DNA of 59,952 nt, filler included, from Sphacelaria rigidula (GCA_964200075.2; 6 parts of 6 records of this genome joined end to end with filler, not necessarily neighbours in it), one strand, 5' to 3'. Shown: positions 23,401 to 37,600, counted from the whole stretch's first letter. Notes: a model not told the origin generated them from the letters alone. A program made the numbers and translations.

Positions 23401-26400
23401 CGAGTAGCGAATATCTCGTCTAAAGTCCGTGCTCAAATCAAGTCGATTTTACCCGGGGAGACCTGGAGTGCTGCAAGCACCGTGTCTACATGGTGTTGAA
23501 CGTAATGATCAGCTGTCACTGAGTATACACTTTCGAATAGGATGAAACATCAGCCGGGAAGGGGGACAAGCATAACTAGACACCGTGTTGGCTCGGTCTT
23601 GTCAGAACCCCAGTCTCACAAGGGTTATTACACGGCTGCAGCTCGTGACAACATCGTGTCAATTGTGCTCCTGATTAACATTTGCTGGGTCGAGGACACT
23701 ACCGCTACGATTGCGCTGCCGTGAATTCTTGTGAACAATGTGGATATATATCGAATCACTTTTTAAATTATCCTTGAGATCCATCTTTAACGATCTAACA
23801 CGTACGAGTTCTGTACCACTACTGTACCTCTTGTCGGTCACGGGGTTTCCCCGTCCTCACAGCTGCCCCACGACGCACCTCACGGCAAATGTGCACTTAA
23901 TTGCTGTGTGGCAGTCCCCATCCCTATCACGTAGCATTCTTGTGTTGTGCGGTCAAGTGCTCAATTTCTATGTCGCTCATGCCTACAGTGCAGGACGCTA
24001 TGTAGTATAGCAGAGCTGGGAGGTTCATGCTCAACTGTTTTGCCCCCCCATGCTTACTGGCGCGGCGTTCGCAGTTTTTGCTGCAGCGCTGCAGTGCATT
24101 TATCAGCTGATCTTCACCCGTCACTCGTACTTCTTCCATTGTGACTTGCTTGCGCCGAATATCACGCGCCGATACCGTTGCGCAGTTTATGCTGGGAGTG
24201 GCAAATTTCGTGGAATGGTCTCTGGAGCCGCGGACGCAGTTCATCTTCACCCTGTTCGACGATGATAGAAGTGGCTTCCTCTCAATGGTAAGAACCCCTC
24301 TTCAGGATCCTTGCAAAAGGACTTCATATGTTCGTCTTGAGTGACATGCATTCCTCGAGTCAGTGTTCTAACCTCGAATTGAAATCGCGTCGGAAAAAAA
24401 TAAGAAAACGAAAGAAGTAGAAACATTGGCACTGAAAATCGTTCCTTCCAAATTCTGGGGAAAACGAAATGCCACAAAGGAAAGAAAATGGATTCGTTCA
24501 GAAAGAGATATGGTGTAGAACGGACCTGAGTCGAACGTTTGTTTTACTCGCAATCTTAGTAGTAGTCCTCACTTTATTCAGTACAACAGCAAACGGTGAA
24601 GGTAGAAAAGCGGGAAAAAAAGTGATGCCGATATTCTCAAAGACCAAGGTGCTATAATAGTGACCCCACAACCTACGTCACCGGAGAGCTTTTATCGCAA
24701 GCTCTGTCTGTGCGATGGCTCGTGTTGACAGCGCAGTCTTACTCGCTCCGGAGAGAACTGTGGCGGGAACATCATCACTTGTGGGTTTTTTCTGCATACC
24801 GTGCAAAATACGGTGCGACAGGGCCGGCTACCTCCGATTTTGTTGTGTATGACACGGTATATACACTGGCCTAAGGCTCATTATTCTCGGCACTGTCTTT
24901 CGGAGATGTCCGAAACAGTCGGGTTGGCAAGGTAGCTGATGATTCTCGACGAGCGTCACGGCGTATTCACAGGCCAGCTCTCCGAAGTGCTGCGTTGCAG
25001 TCCGAAGGTTTTGGACGTATACAAAGATGAAGCTTCGGAGAAGAAATCAAGCCGCGTCGTTCTCGGGGAAGCCTGAACGCAGAGACTGAAAAATCTGAAA
25101 ATTTCCGAGGTTCATCAAGAAAACAGCGTCGATAATAACGGGCCTGCGTAGGCAACATTTGCCCACTGAGACATGTACCTGCCGTGGAAAAAAGGAGCAC
25201 GAGGCGATATCGTTTCTGCAGCAGCAACTGTATGTTGTAAGCCTTTGGGGCGCCTTGTGGGGTCGAGGTGTTTTCTTCGGATGCCTTCGAAAGGATGCCG
25301 TCCATATATGTCTTTTCAGGGTGCTTGTAAGCGGTCCTGGAATTCCAACCCGAGTTCAAGATCGCCCTGATTTTCTCTTTTATATCATCGACAATTTTGT
25401 TTTATCCACGACAATGATGTCTTGATTCGTGGAGGCAGGCACTCGACAGCGCATTTTTGTCGTCACCCAGCGCAAATAGGCACCCTTTCGCACGTGGGCA
25501 CTATTCCGAACAACCTACGCTGTCAGACCGGACAGTGCTCACCGGAGTGTGGTTTTTGGGTAATATGATGCTTTATGGTAGTAGTATTGCGGTACGGCAT
25601 GCTGTGGGACCAGACCCGCGGCTTTTGCCGAGTCCCTTCCTTCGCGACTTCCCGCTATGTCGCGTGTTTTCGGTTGTGAAAACCGTGACGGCGTGTAAAA
25701 CATCGGTGTGGTACTGGACAGCAATGTATTCGATCACGTACTGACCAAACAGATACAGCCTTCGGGCGTACTGCAGTTGACACACATTCCTTCAGATATT
25801 TTCCTTCTGCGCATGATACGATATGTGTGTCTGCTTTCGAGTGGGTCTCAACGAATGGAAACCTGCAACACATACGCGTATTTGGATGGATGCTTATCGG
25901 TGCCATGGGCAATGCTGGGGTGGAATCAGTGATGGTGAACGTTGCTTCCCTACAACCCTTCTCGATCCTGTCAATCAGCGGGCCAACCAACCCCTCAATG
26001 GAACAATCCATCAATCAATCGATCAAGGTGTGAGAAATGCCCGTGTTTACCCACAAAAAAACAGACAAGTCTCAAAAGTGAGGTTGTACGATGAAATGAG
26101 GTTCAAGCCCCAAACAGTGCTTTCCCCACACTTACAGCGATGGTGCTCAATGACGTTTTTGTCAGCCTAATGCCCCTCGATTGCATAGATACCGTTTCAG
26201 CGCATTTCACCGACTCTGTGAGCTTACAGCACTGACCGAAACCGTCGATTCCCTGATACCACCCTGAAAAATAAGGGAAAATGACGGTTTCGTTCAGCAC
26301 CGTAAGTTCACAGAGTCGGTGAAATGCGCTGATGAAGTATCTACGCGATCGAGGGGCATTAGGCCGACAAAAACGTCATTGGGCACCATCGCAGAAAGTG

Positions 26401-27331
26401 TGCGGGGAAAAAAGCACTGTTTTAGGCTTGAACCTCATCTCATCGTACAACCTCATTATATAGGATAGTCTGGTCAAAGTACATGAACGAATATGTACGA
26501 AAAGCCTTCCGAAGTTGCCGTCATTCGATCCCCTACTTTTGCCCGCAGGTTGAAAGAACACACATGACAAACAGTCGGTCACAACCTCCCTCCAATATTT
26601 CCGCGTCGATCGACATCAGGACGAACTGGTGGATGTTCTCAAGGCGAATCACATGTCTTCGGCGAAGGGAGTCGCCAAGAAAGCTCAAACCATCATGCGA
26701 CAAGCGGACGCAGATGGGTCGGGAACGCTAACGCTAGATGAATTTATGGTGGTGGCGAAGAAGTTCCCCAACCTGGTGAGCACGCCGAGTTAGTGTTAGG
26801 GTCAGAGGTTACGCTTGAAGTTGGAGTATATGTGTAGTAGAGGCGATCAGTCAGGCGTATACATCCGGTTCGCGAGTAAACGACCCGGTCATGTCCGCGC
26901 CTACATGGTACCTTGTCGGAGTACGCATCATTCGGTGTGGTACTCGAACGAAGAACACCTTCTTTTCTGAATCAACTTATTCTCTTTAACGTGCTGAATG
27001 GCATCTTGCTTCGAGAACGCTGCATACCGCGAACGCAAGAGGGTGTGTTGGTGTGTTGGTGCGATGCATGGAGAAATGCCTCTGATCGCTCGGTCGCTCG
27101 GTTCTTGGATAGCTTCCGGTTCTGAGGGACATTTTATGCCCTCCGCACAGGGCTTCTCTGAATTTATTCCACCCCACCAAGCACGGATGCTCCCGGAACT
27201 AATGTTGCGTAACTATCGTTTTCCCGTCTACCTTTGTTGTGCCACACCGCCCGCCTTATGCCCCTCAGCTCTTCCCGGCGCAGAAGAAGAGAGCGCCCGA
27301 AACAGGAGTTCCCCAGATAACCAACGGCTAA
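20424..27331 (+). CDS. EF-hand calcium-binding protein, calcineurin B-like architecture; probably 5'-partial, 5 exons
   Basis: Phase-0 exons 20424-20597, 22023-22139, 24186-24287, 26620-26775, 27269-27331 (TAA). Canonical EF loops DDDRSGFLSMDE (spanning an intron) and DADGSGTLTLDE, plus two degenerate N-terminal EF-hands. Confidence 0.88.
20738..21115 (+). mobile_element. RTE-type 3' UTR/tail copy ending in (AATC)n
   Basis: Ends with gggcacgtctacatt...cacgcctgga..ccc...tgcgacaatcaatc, like 47550-47632. Related tails near 1101-1151, 2512-2640(-), 4880-5120(-), 19010-19097, 31535-31635, 42550-42625, 42981-43317, 57140-57250. Confidence 0.7.
22160..22404 (+). repeat. Near-perfect tandem duplication of ~123 bp
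   Basis: gagtaaatacaaacacacttccaaagcagag...ggtatgtcaac occurs twice in tandem. Confidence 0.9.
22445..22706. mobile_element. MITE (GGCTCATTA.. TIR, possibly PIF/Harbinger-like); inverted partner at 24875-25144
   Basis: Shared internal blocks in opposite orientation (e.g. ctaccttgccaacccgac / gtcgggttggcaaggtag); both preceded by TAA. Confidence 0.7.
24875..25144. mobile_element. Inverted copy of the MITE at 22445-22706
   Basis: TIR ggctcattattctcggc...gtcgataataacgggcc. Confidence 0.7.
26079..26455. mobile_element. Fold-back (palindromic) MITE
   Basis: ~175-bp arms: tgaggttgtacgatga...tcatcgtacaacctca, with complementarity almost to the centre. Confidence 0.85.
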
Positions 27332-30300
27332 CTCTAAGGGCCATTCGTAGTTGCCACGTTTTGAGTGGGGGTCTGAAATGTAGTTATATTCTGGTTTTTA
27401 TTTTTTTGGAATCTTTTTGTTTGAAAAGTCAGCATAGCCTTTACCCTGCTTCTCTGTGTTTGGGGAACTATATATCCTCGAAAAATATGAACAAGGATCT
27501 GAGTTTTGTGCGGTATCATGTGTAAGTTTGGGCACCCAACACTCGATATTCCCGCGACAACAGGGGGTGGGTCCGAGCGCGTTATTATCAGCGTTGTCGT
27601 GCCACCGTAGGTCAATACCTGTGCCCGTGTTATGGAGATTGATGTGCGCTGGGCACAAGCACGTTCTCCACGAATCTAACAAGAACGACGATTAAAATCT
27701 CCCGTCGCAACGAATAGACCGCAGGCGGTGCACACCGGAGAACCTGAACACACGTCATCACAGAGAGTGAGGCAAATTATTGAAATGCTCAGGAAAGGAC
27801 GTGTTGTACGTGCCTGCGCATGAAATTTCGAAGAAGTTGGATGTCAACGTGGCGGCATGCTCAGGAGCCAACCATTCGGTAGATCCCCGGGTGGCTGGAA
27901 AGCACGGGTTAGGGTGCAGTAGGTATTTTGATTCCATTCTATACGGTCACATTGGCTACGTCGCCGTTCATCGTTTTGCTCTTCGAGCCTTGCTCTGGCA
28001 AACATTGTAAGCGCGCTGTCCTCTCGGCTATACGCTGGACAAAAAGTACGTGACGAATACTCGACGATTTGTACGTGGTATGGACTGTCGTTTCAGAGAA
28101 GTGCTTGACTCAATGCCGCACACATTCAATACAGCTTCCAGGTAGGTGACATTCTGAATGCTCCCGACCTTTCAGGACGTCTGTGACATGATTTTACCCA
28201 GATGTCCTCGAGGATCTTTGCCTCGTAGGATTTACCGCGGTAAAACCACGGTATAAGGTAAACAATACGTTATGATCATTCGCAACTACCATTTCTATCC
28301 AAGCCGTCACCGGGGAATGGTGTTATGCCTTCCCCATCCAGATCGTTACCGAGCAATTGGTATTATCCCATTGCCGTCCAAACACTTACCGCGCAAATAC
28401 TGGCATTCCTGGAGTTTCTCATTGCCACCCAAACAAATGCCGCGCAAACATGATGTCCCCAACAACTGTACAGCGAAGCAATTGAACTTCCGACTTCAGT
28501 CAACATCACGTTACCTCAGTAGGACAGTATAGTGAACGTGCACAACTTTTGGTGGATAGGTCGGACCTTCAATCCCCACCAGGTCACTTTCGATTTCTTC
28601 AATCTTTTTCTGTTTCTTCGTGTAACATTTTTTCTGGGATGACGTGTCATTTTCTTGAATTACGTTTTTTTTCATGCTGTTCGTTGAGGACCATATTATA
28701 CAGCTTTTCTCCGGTCGACCCGCGCGCGCTGAAGCCATTACTAAGTTATAATGTCAATATCTGATTTTCATAACTTTAGATATAAGCAGCTGGTAGATTG
28801 TCGACATGGTGTCAGGTTCGATTATACAATCTCGTAGCGTTCAGTTTTCACTTCGAACTTCTGTCTAAAATAGGATGGCGGTGTCCCTTCACGGTTTCTG
28901 GTCGCTGAATCAGTGGTTGGTATTGCCGGGCGTCGCTCTGGATGTATTTCGTCGTTTTCCTTATTTCAGCTGCGAAAGTCTGCCTGTGTTCAGTGTCTAA
29001 TACTGTAGTGTATTTGAGTTTTGCAAACAACAGGCTCAGGTATGATTCGTGTTGTCTCGATGTCTACACAAACCATAGAGCCCTGGGTTGACACTCTGAA
29101 GAAATACAAAAAAACACGTGATATCGTACATCATACATTATCAAGGTGACTGGTTACTGTACCAATCATCACCGGGGTGGTTAGTTTTTATCCAAAAGTT
29201 ACCGTGCGCTACAAAGGTGGTTGGTTCTTGTGCCGATGAGTACCACGGTGGTCAGTTACTCTCCGAAAAATTACCGTACATTACCAAGGTGGCTGGACAC
29301 CGTGGTTGACATTAACAACCTCAAAATACACTTTCTACGATAATAGCCCCCCCCCCCCCCAAGAAAAAAAAACCAGCCCAAAAACGTGTCACGAAACAAA
29401 TAGTCATACAGCGCCTGAGGTTTGGGTTCAGGCTGCATAAAGCGCGTCATATGGGCGACATTGGCAAGAATGAACCCGAGCGTGGGAATTCTCAGCTGCT
29501 CGTTGTGCTCGTCTCTTTCCATTTACAAGTCTATGTTTGGCAACGCCGTAATCGACATTTTTTTTTGTCTTCCTCTTTTTTTTTTTCAACTCATTGAAAT
29601 AGGTTTTGATAGAGATGTCCCAAGTTTGGTCTTCATCGGTTTTGATGAACCCTTTTGGAGCCCACCGACGATTTTTTTTTTCTTGAATCGGCATCATTTT
29701 GACTTGAAAGTGACTGGAGACGATGTCGATTCACAAAAACAAAAATCGTCGTTGGGTTCCAAAAGGATTAAAATACTCTATCACGCACGTTGAGTGGTGC
29801 CCCCTGTAGACTCTAGCCATCATTGTTACCTAAGGTTAGGGACTTTTGTAGGTGGAGTTGAGTGATGCTACGGTAGGGGTGCACAAATATTTTCTGAGGT
29901 TGGAAATGTTAGGAGCCCTTGATCTCATNNNNNNNNNNNNNNNNNNNNNNNNNNNNNNNNNNNNNNNNNNNNTTAATTAATTAANNNNNNNNNNNNNNNN
30001 NNNNNNNNNNNNNNNNNNNNNNNNNNNNGTCTCGAAAGGGATGCGTGGTCAATGGTCAAATGACTAAGGCAAGCAACAAATGAGTACGCCCCCCCCCCCC
30101 GTTTCTAGATGGTGTTTCGCTCTGTTTTCCTTGGGTCCGTCCATCGTGTGACCACTGCTCAATCCCTCATGAATGTGCGACAACCAATCGAACTCTAGGT
30201 ATAGTGTTGCGACCTCCGGGACCTGTACAGCATCATGTTCGGTTGCTCTCGCTTTGTCGTTTTCAGGACATAGATTTCCCTACTGTTGAGTAAAAAGAGT

Positions 30301-31686
30301 TTCACGGCAAAGTCGATTCATCTGCAAAAAGGGAGTCGATAAATCACTTTCGGTCCTCCCCTTCCCTCTTCTTCGAGGTTTTTTCATTAGCGGTGACGCC
30401 TGTCTGTGCCACGTGACACCAGGATGGCAAAGGCTGTTCTTCATACACTTTCACAGAACAGTCGGGGGTCGTGTGACATCTGAGCGAGAAAGACTTGCTG
30501 ATATATAGACTGGACATCTTCACTCTATGTCTCTCATCTATGTAAATTTGTGAACTTATCGTCCCTGACCCCACTGTACTGCTGCTAACGAACTGCATAT
30601 AAAGCATGCACATCTCCCTCAACTCGGGACGTCCTTCATTAACTCTTGATTGTGTCTTTACAATCTACAGGTGTGATTTTGTTTACCATATGCGTACGTC
30701 ACCCCAACTTGGTCCTGTCAGACTGCACTTTTAAAAATTTAGTTTTCCGTATCCTGCCTATCTTGGTCTTTCCTCGTTGTGCACAGTTCTGCACCCGTAA
30801 GGGATAATCGAAAACCCAGTACATGTCATGACATATCAACTCGTCCAGAGCGTGTTGTGCAAATATCTCAGCACTGGAAGAGCCTGCTCTCCCGAATGAA
30901 TAGACCGTTATTGCTTCTCCTGCGAGCTAGGTATGATCGCCAAATTTCCGGACCAATACATATCCAGACCGACGCAAGAATATTATTAGACGGACACAGA
31001 TAATGTAAGTGCGACTTTCTCTGCCTAGTGTACGGTGCTGCATTGCACTGTCTGCACCGTACAGCAGCATACTTTGGTACGACTTCGGTGTTACACAGTA
31101 GCGGTTTGGTGCCTTGCTTCCGTAGTTCATTCGTGAGAGCTCATACCCAAATAGTATGGTCCGAAATAGCTGAGTCACAATCTGCTCTCACGGCGTTTTC
31201 GTTCTTCTCCGTGAGTGGGTGCGTGTGCCTATTGCGCATGACCTTCTATCACCTGACGCCATGCTGTGGGGATCCCCCATGTTCAGGTTTATTTCGTTGT
31301 TTATATTAATTTATTGGTTTTTGTTTTTGTAGCCTTTCTCAGTTCATTTTCTTTCTTTCCTTCCTTGTCGTTGTTTTCGTTTCCGTTTTCGCTTTTGCTT
31401 TTGTGTTTGCTTTTGCTTTTGCCTGTGTGTTTGCTTTTGTTTGTTTTGGGTTCGGTTACCAGTTGACTCTGTCTATTTGTTTTCCATATATATATATATA
31501 TATATACACATATTTCCCCCATTTTTCTCTTCCTTTAGCGAGCATTTCCGTTTTGTATACCTTGGGTACGTCCATCATGCCGACAAAGACCACGGCTGGG
31601 TCCCTCCGGGATCAGCTAATTTGCGGAACTCAATTATTCAAATCAACGACGGTCTACATGTCCTCGTTGCGCTACAGGACGGCAAA

Positions 31687-34600
31687 ATGGGCGGTCTTGG
31701 GCTCTCGCCACTTGCTCCGGCAGTATCATTTCTCATAGCGTTGGTGTGCTTTAGAGGACTCTCGGTGGGGATGAGCTGCACGACCATCGCTGTGGGCAAG
31801 AGCGCGACGAAAGATGGATCCACCATTTCCACGCATAACGCAGATGTGAGTCCAAATTACAGACACGATAAAACGGCAGTGTAGCGCTGGTGATGAAGTC
31901 ACTTTAGGTACCAGCACATTCAAAACAAGTTGCGGTGGAGTCACCAAACTCGATCAAACATGCGATTACCAATACACGGTAACAGAAGTGTAGATGATCT
32001 CTGAACGTATGCCCTGTAGCCAAATGATACCACGCCGTAGGTTTCAGTAAAATCGCATGCATGATTGGAGCAGCGGCAGGTGACAGGGGATCCTGGATTA
32101 ATAGCCCTTATCTGTGTGGCTCCTTGCTGTTGGCTTGTGATATGGTCTGTTGAGGATCATTCCGTGATAATAAAGGAGAAGAAAAGACTTGTCGAGCACG
32201 AGGCCAGTGATACTGGAGGAGTCCCTCGTTGAAAGTCCTCTTGTCCAGATCGTCTGGCAGAGGCTATAGCCTTAAAACAATTTCCGACTCGGTTGCACGT
32301 ACAACAGCAGACAGATTGGCGCTAAATGTACCGTCAATAGAACGAATACGGTATTTATACTAGCCTGGAAGTTGTGTTTCGTTATGCCCCTCCGAAACGC
32401 GGTCGTAGATACTGTAAATCGCGCTGTACGCGCAACGCGATGCCTTGCGTATGCGTTCAACACTTGTCAGCGGAAGTCGTTTGAGGCGGAAGGTTTGACC
32501 ACAATCTCAGTGAACCGTACCATATTCGCTGGTTGTGCTGCCAACTTCACCTCTGATTATTTGGCCACTGCACCGGTATATCATAGCAGCACTCGAACGC
32601 ATCGCTAGCCATGTGCATATATGTTAGCTATACAGAGCAAGTCAAGTTGTCGCAGTTGGCTCTGTGCGGGTGCAGAAACCGTTAGATATTATTTGCACGG
32701 CATTTGAGCATGAAATGTGCGGTCAAAACGATAATTGAAATCACTTAAACGTAGTGAGTACGGCGGTTTCGCCGCACATGACTCATGACTCTTACTAGTC
32801 AACCCAAGCTCCCTGGGCCTTGTGCTACAATTGCGGTGTGTACACTTTTGCTGCATGTTGCACTTGGAGGCAAGGATTTTGTTCATTTGTGTACCTGTTT
32901 GAAGCTTGATTCCAATCGACCTGCCTTTTCTTCGTATACGGAAGTCAGTATAACATATTGTACGATCACGGTTGGATACAGAGAGAGTACTACAATACAG
33001 CTAGCTCAAGTGCGCTTTGGCGTTCCGGTATTTGTAAGGTAATCCAAGTTATGTCGCCCTGTTTGATTTTCGGGGTGGATATTATCCCGCCAAATTTTTT
33101 CCAATAATTGGTTTGTGATGGCCTGTAACCACTAACGCATACGTGTTTTTAATTTTTGCATTTGATACCAGCACAGCGGTATCCAGGACGTAGCTGCCTA
33201 AACACAGTTTGTACTAAGGCCAAGGCCAGTGAGATTGTCGAGCCAGTTTTCCGACACGCAATCAGACTTTAATTGATCTGTTTTGTCGACAAGGTGTATA
33301 TAAACACGCCATATAGTCATCAAAATAACGTTTTTGATACCAAGGTATATGCGTTACTTCGAGGACGTATTTTTTTTATGATAAACATTATTGCTTTATT
33401 TGTCGCACTTTGAACCCCCCCCCCTTCTCGGGATGAGCCCGTGGCCTTAAGGGATCAACCCATCTCTCCCCGGTATAAGCCTTGCATTTTGGTCTCGTGG
33501 GTTGAGTCAGCACCCCTGCACCGCGTCAATCACGTCAAATAAACTCAGCCGACTACTTTGCTTACTCACGTTCTCGCGCTTTCCACGGTGGAAATCAGAC
33601 ACCACGAAGAAAAAACCTAACGCATCGGGAATCGAATCCTCGTTCTCTCCAGCCTCATGGCGACAGTCGAACCATTACACCACCGAGCCGCGGCGGCAAA
33701 CGCAGGAGACGAGTTATTTCGAGGGTAGCAGATACAGCTGGTCCGCGCCGGGGGGGGTTGCAAATATAATAATACAATAAATATGACGGACTCAGCCTTC
33801 CCTCGTCCCATACCACCTCATTTTGGTCCAACGAATCGCTCAGACTTTGTCCCTGTTGCAATATATGTTCGCACCCTGGACAATACAAAATGTTTCCAAT
33901 GTATATATATATATATATATTAGCCGATCACACTGGAATTTTCATCAGAAAGGCGTATCGCTAGGGTAGACAGATACCTACCGGTAGGACTGTTGTTGGA
34001 GATGTCGTCCTGCTGCCGAAGGAACTCCGAGGCTGGCGACGGTTTCCTCTTGTGTAATGCAGGCAAGAAGGGGATCGGGTTCAGAAGAAGTGGTGCACCG
34101 TTATTAGGTGAACCCTGTTTGACGAGGGATGCTCGGTCACCGTAATATCGAAGTCTTACCGGCATCACTCCGACTTGTCTAGTATCGCTGGCTTTACAGG
34201 GTCTTGATATTCTGGTCCTTTCGGACCGTTCCTACCTTGTATCTGCATGCGCTGATTCTTCACACATGTGTGGCATCAATCTCTGATGTGTCACTGCAAA
34301 GAGGTGTCTTCCACATATTGCAATATTTGACGGCGTAATATGTATTGGTATCCTTGGACTGCACATCGGAATCCCATAGAGATGCGGTACATACCTCGGA
34401 TAGTATATTGAGTACAGAACGTCGATGGTCACACACGTGGGTCGAAGGACACCTCGTTAGCTTTCGAGAGGAAATTGCAAGCGCTGTCCTATCTCGTGAT
34501 CTTTGGATTCCCTTCGTACATGTGATACGGCATGCACTTGACCTTTCGCGAATGTCGAGAAGGGTACATACAGTAACCATACTGCTGGCTATGGTATCAT

Positions 34601-37600
34601 AACCGTTGCATCGCTCATTCCCGTGCAGGGACGCTACCAGAGTATCAATGGTGTATTGTAACATGGGATGTCATGGAATGGATGATGCGGCGCCGAGGAA
34701 CATCGTGTAGAATGTAAGGTTCTATCAACGCAAGTCAATCAATCTACTCACCTGTTCTGTCCATTCTGGCCAAAAAATGTCAATCGCCAATCGTTACCTT
34801 TCGCATGACCATCTCTTGCCGCCTTCCTCTCTCATGTGTTGGATGCTCGAGCCAGTGCTTCGACTGCGATTTCAGGCTAGGAAAGGTACCAGCAAGGGAT
34901 TGGCCGAAGGGATCGAAGCGCCCGATTGTCAAGTTCCGTCCGGAGTACCCTCGCACAGGTGAGTACTCCAGAATCGACACCAGAAACATTTCAGCGCATA
35001 TGATTGAGCACGTCTGGTCAGCAAAGCTGTACCGCCCTGCATCTATCGTCTATTACCGCAACACGGCCAATGTTCACTACGAAATGTCCAATGAAGACTG
35101 AATATGACCAACTGTAAAACAAATTCGCTCTTGAGCGTTGCAAAAACCCAACGTTGACGAGCTAGTGGGAGTGCTGCACCCTCTACGTCATCGTAATGGG
35201 TGATCTTGAAGGCATTATAGTTCCAGCCTTCGACCTACGGTTTGGTTCTTGATTGGGTAAAGCGTACTAGCAGTATTGCCTTCAATCGATGACTACGTTA
35301 GTGAGATATGTAGCTGTACACTTTGAATATGCGCATTGCCCATCCTCAGGCTTACTTCTACTGCTGTATGCTCATTGTTGTCAGTGAGCCATGAGCGAGG
35401 CCCAACTTGGACCCCGGAAAATCTTGATCCACACCTGCCCCAACGTGAGAAATGGTTCCAGCCAGAGTGGAGAGAATCCATGGTGCTTGGTCACATCCCT
35501 CAGGTACGATGGCTAATGCTAGGATTGTAAGAACATTGCGTGACACAAAGATTAATTGTGGCTTTAGAGACTGACATATTTCAGGTATCCATACCGATGT
35601 GTCAGATGATCCATCAATTGATACAATGGGTAGTAATACGTAGTGCCTATGAAGTACAGTCGGTGATTGGCGGTGTCTGGTATCGAAGTAAACGCTCCTA
35701 GCTGTGTATTCGCCAATATCAGATATCCTTCTGCTCTTTGTCTCATCAGCACAGGGACAGGCGATGAGACATCCTGGTCGCACCTTTTTCTGAAGGTCCC
35801 ACACCTTGGACAGTATATGGTCAATAGTTGCAATAGACAAGAAACGTATTCCATAAAGTATAGACCTATTGCGGCTATTCTCGGCCGGCAATAGTTACAA
35901 TAAGCTAATACTTTATGCAGTACACTTCGCGTCTATTGCATCTGTTGACCATATATTGTCCAGGATGTAAAAATTCTCGATAATTGATGCTTGTTTATAC
36001 AAACACAAGCAGGAAGACGCGAGATACAGTGATATTGCAAAACATCACATAACACCTGCTGGGTACGATCAAGAGGTTCAATTTTATCGCTGGGGTCCGA
36101 CTAATGGTGATATGCCTTAATCTCCTCCTCTACATATGATGACCAGATGATTGTAGAATGTAATGCATGCGTACAATCCCCTTTCTCGCCCTCTTTCGTT
36201 CAATATTTTGTTTGTGTGTTGCGGCATTAAGGTTAACCATACATTCGCCTATCTGGAAGGACTGTACGCCATCATCAACGAGAAACAGGTACGCCCTCGC
36301 CGACTATATAGCCGAAGTGCTCTCTCGTCAGTAGCTAGACGGAGGCTTCAGCTTCAGGAGGCATCTGCTGTTGCAGCAACCGCACGTTAGGTCAAAAGCT
36401 GTGAATAATTGAAGACAGAAGCGTGAGTGCCTTATGAATGCGTGTTACCATGACACAAGAATGGAATCCTGCGGGAACATGGGTATCTACATTTCACACC
36501 TTGGACAATATATGGTCAATAGATGCAATAGACGAGAAGTGTACTGCATAAAGTATAGGCATATTGCGACTACTGTCGGCTATACTTTATGCAGTACACT
36601 TCTCGTCTATTGCAATTATTGATCATATACTGTCCAAGGTGTGCTACATTTCCACATGTGGCTTCACCACGACCCACTGGCTACGCATGTCAGGCTTTTA
36701 CACGATAACTGGGAAGCAGAGCTGGGGTTCGTCGCAGTATTTATTTTCCGCAAATCTGGTGCTAGCATGCTGACGCACGTCGCGCCTTTATATTGTACAC
36801 CCAGGCAACTTCAGGTACACTTGCTCGTTTCTTGCCCGCACCTGTCTGTTGTCCGTGCGCTTTGCCCTTCACAACCATGGTCATGTGTGCTGTCCAGGTT
36901 GGTATCGGCGAGTCGACGTGCGGGGCGAAGTGGTTCGCGGGGCCTAAGGGCGACGGTTGCAAGGAGTGCAACGCGCTGTTCGACATATCGGAGCTTACCC
37001 GGATAGCGCTCGAGAGGGCGCCGACGGCTAGGTATGTGTGGGTCCACGAACGGGGGGGGGAAGGGGAGAAAATAGGTTGTTCAAGCGTGTCGTAGAGCAC
37101 ACCGTTTTAATCAAACCAGTTTTCACGGCGTTTAGATCGAACTTCTTTTTTATCTATGCAGCGATTCCGGCTTCACGACCAGAAAATGAAGCCAGATCGA
37201 CGGAATAAGACCCTGTGCGTTGGCAATACCACGGCCTTCGACCCAACGGGTTATGGCTTGCTTGCATGTGTTTGACGGCGCCGCAAGTGCCAAGGTAGCG
37301 CCAAAAAGGAAGGCACTCCGCCGCAAGGTGAATCCAGAGCAGGGCGGTGCTGTCTTTGCACCCGACCCCGTGTGTTCGTCTTTTGCAGTATTCATATACG
37401 TTGCTCTTGTCGCCACTCGCCCGCGTTTCCACTCCGTCATCCAGGGAAGCCATCCAGATAATGGGAGACCTCGCCGTCGAGTATGGGTTTTACGGCAGCG
37501 AGTGGAACTCTTCGGACCCTATGACATACGAGGAGGTGTGGGCATGATTCTCCATATGCGGAAGTGAATTAGTTTGACGAAATTGTTCGTTGTCAAAGAT

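Noticed and set aside
26325-26340. CTGATGA hammerhead ribozyme core (also ~24937 and ~56357)
   Set aside because: No correctly placed stem II and GAAA; this instance is part of a MITE arm.
33620-33693. tRNA genes (also 1990-2070, 53970-54048, 57660-57744)
   Set aside because: A/B boxes are present but there is no proper cloverleaf, and most heads are attached to repeated bodies, so they are SINE heads.
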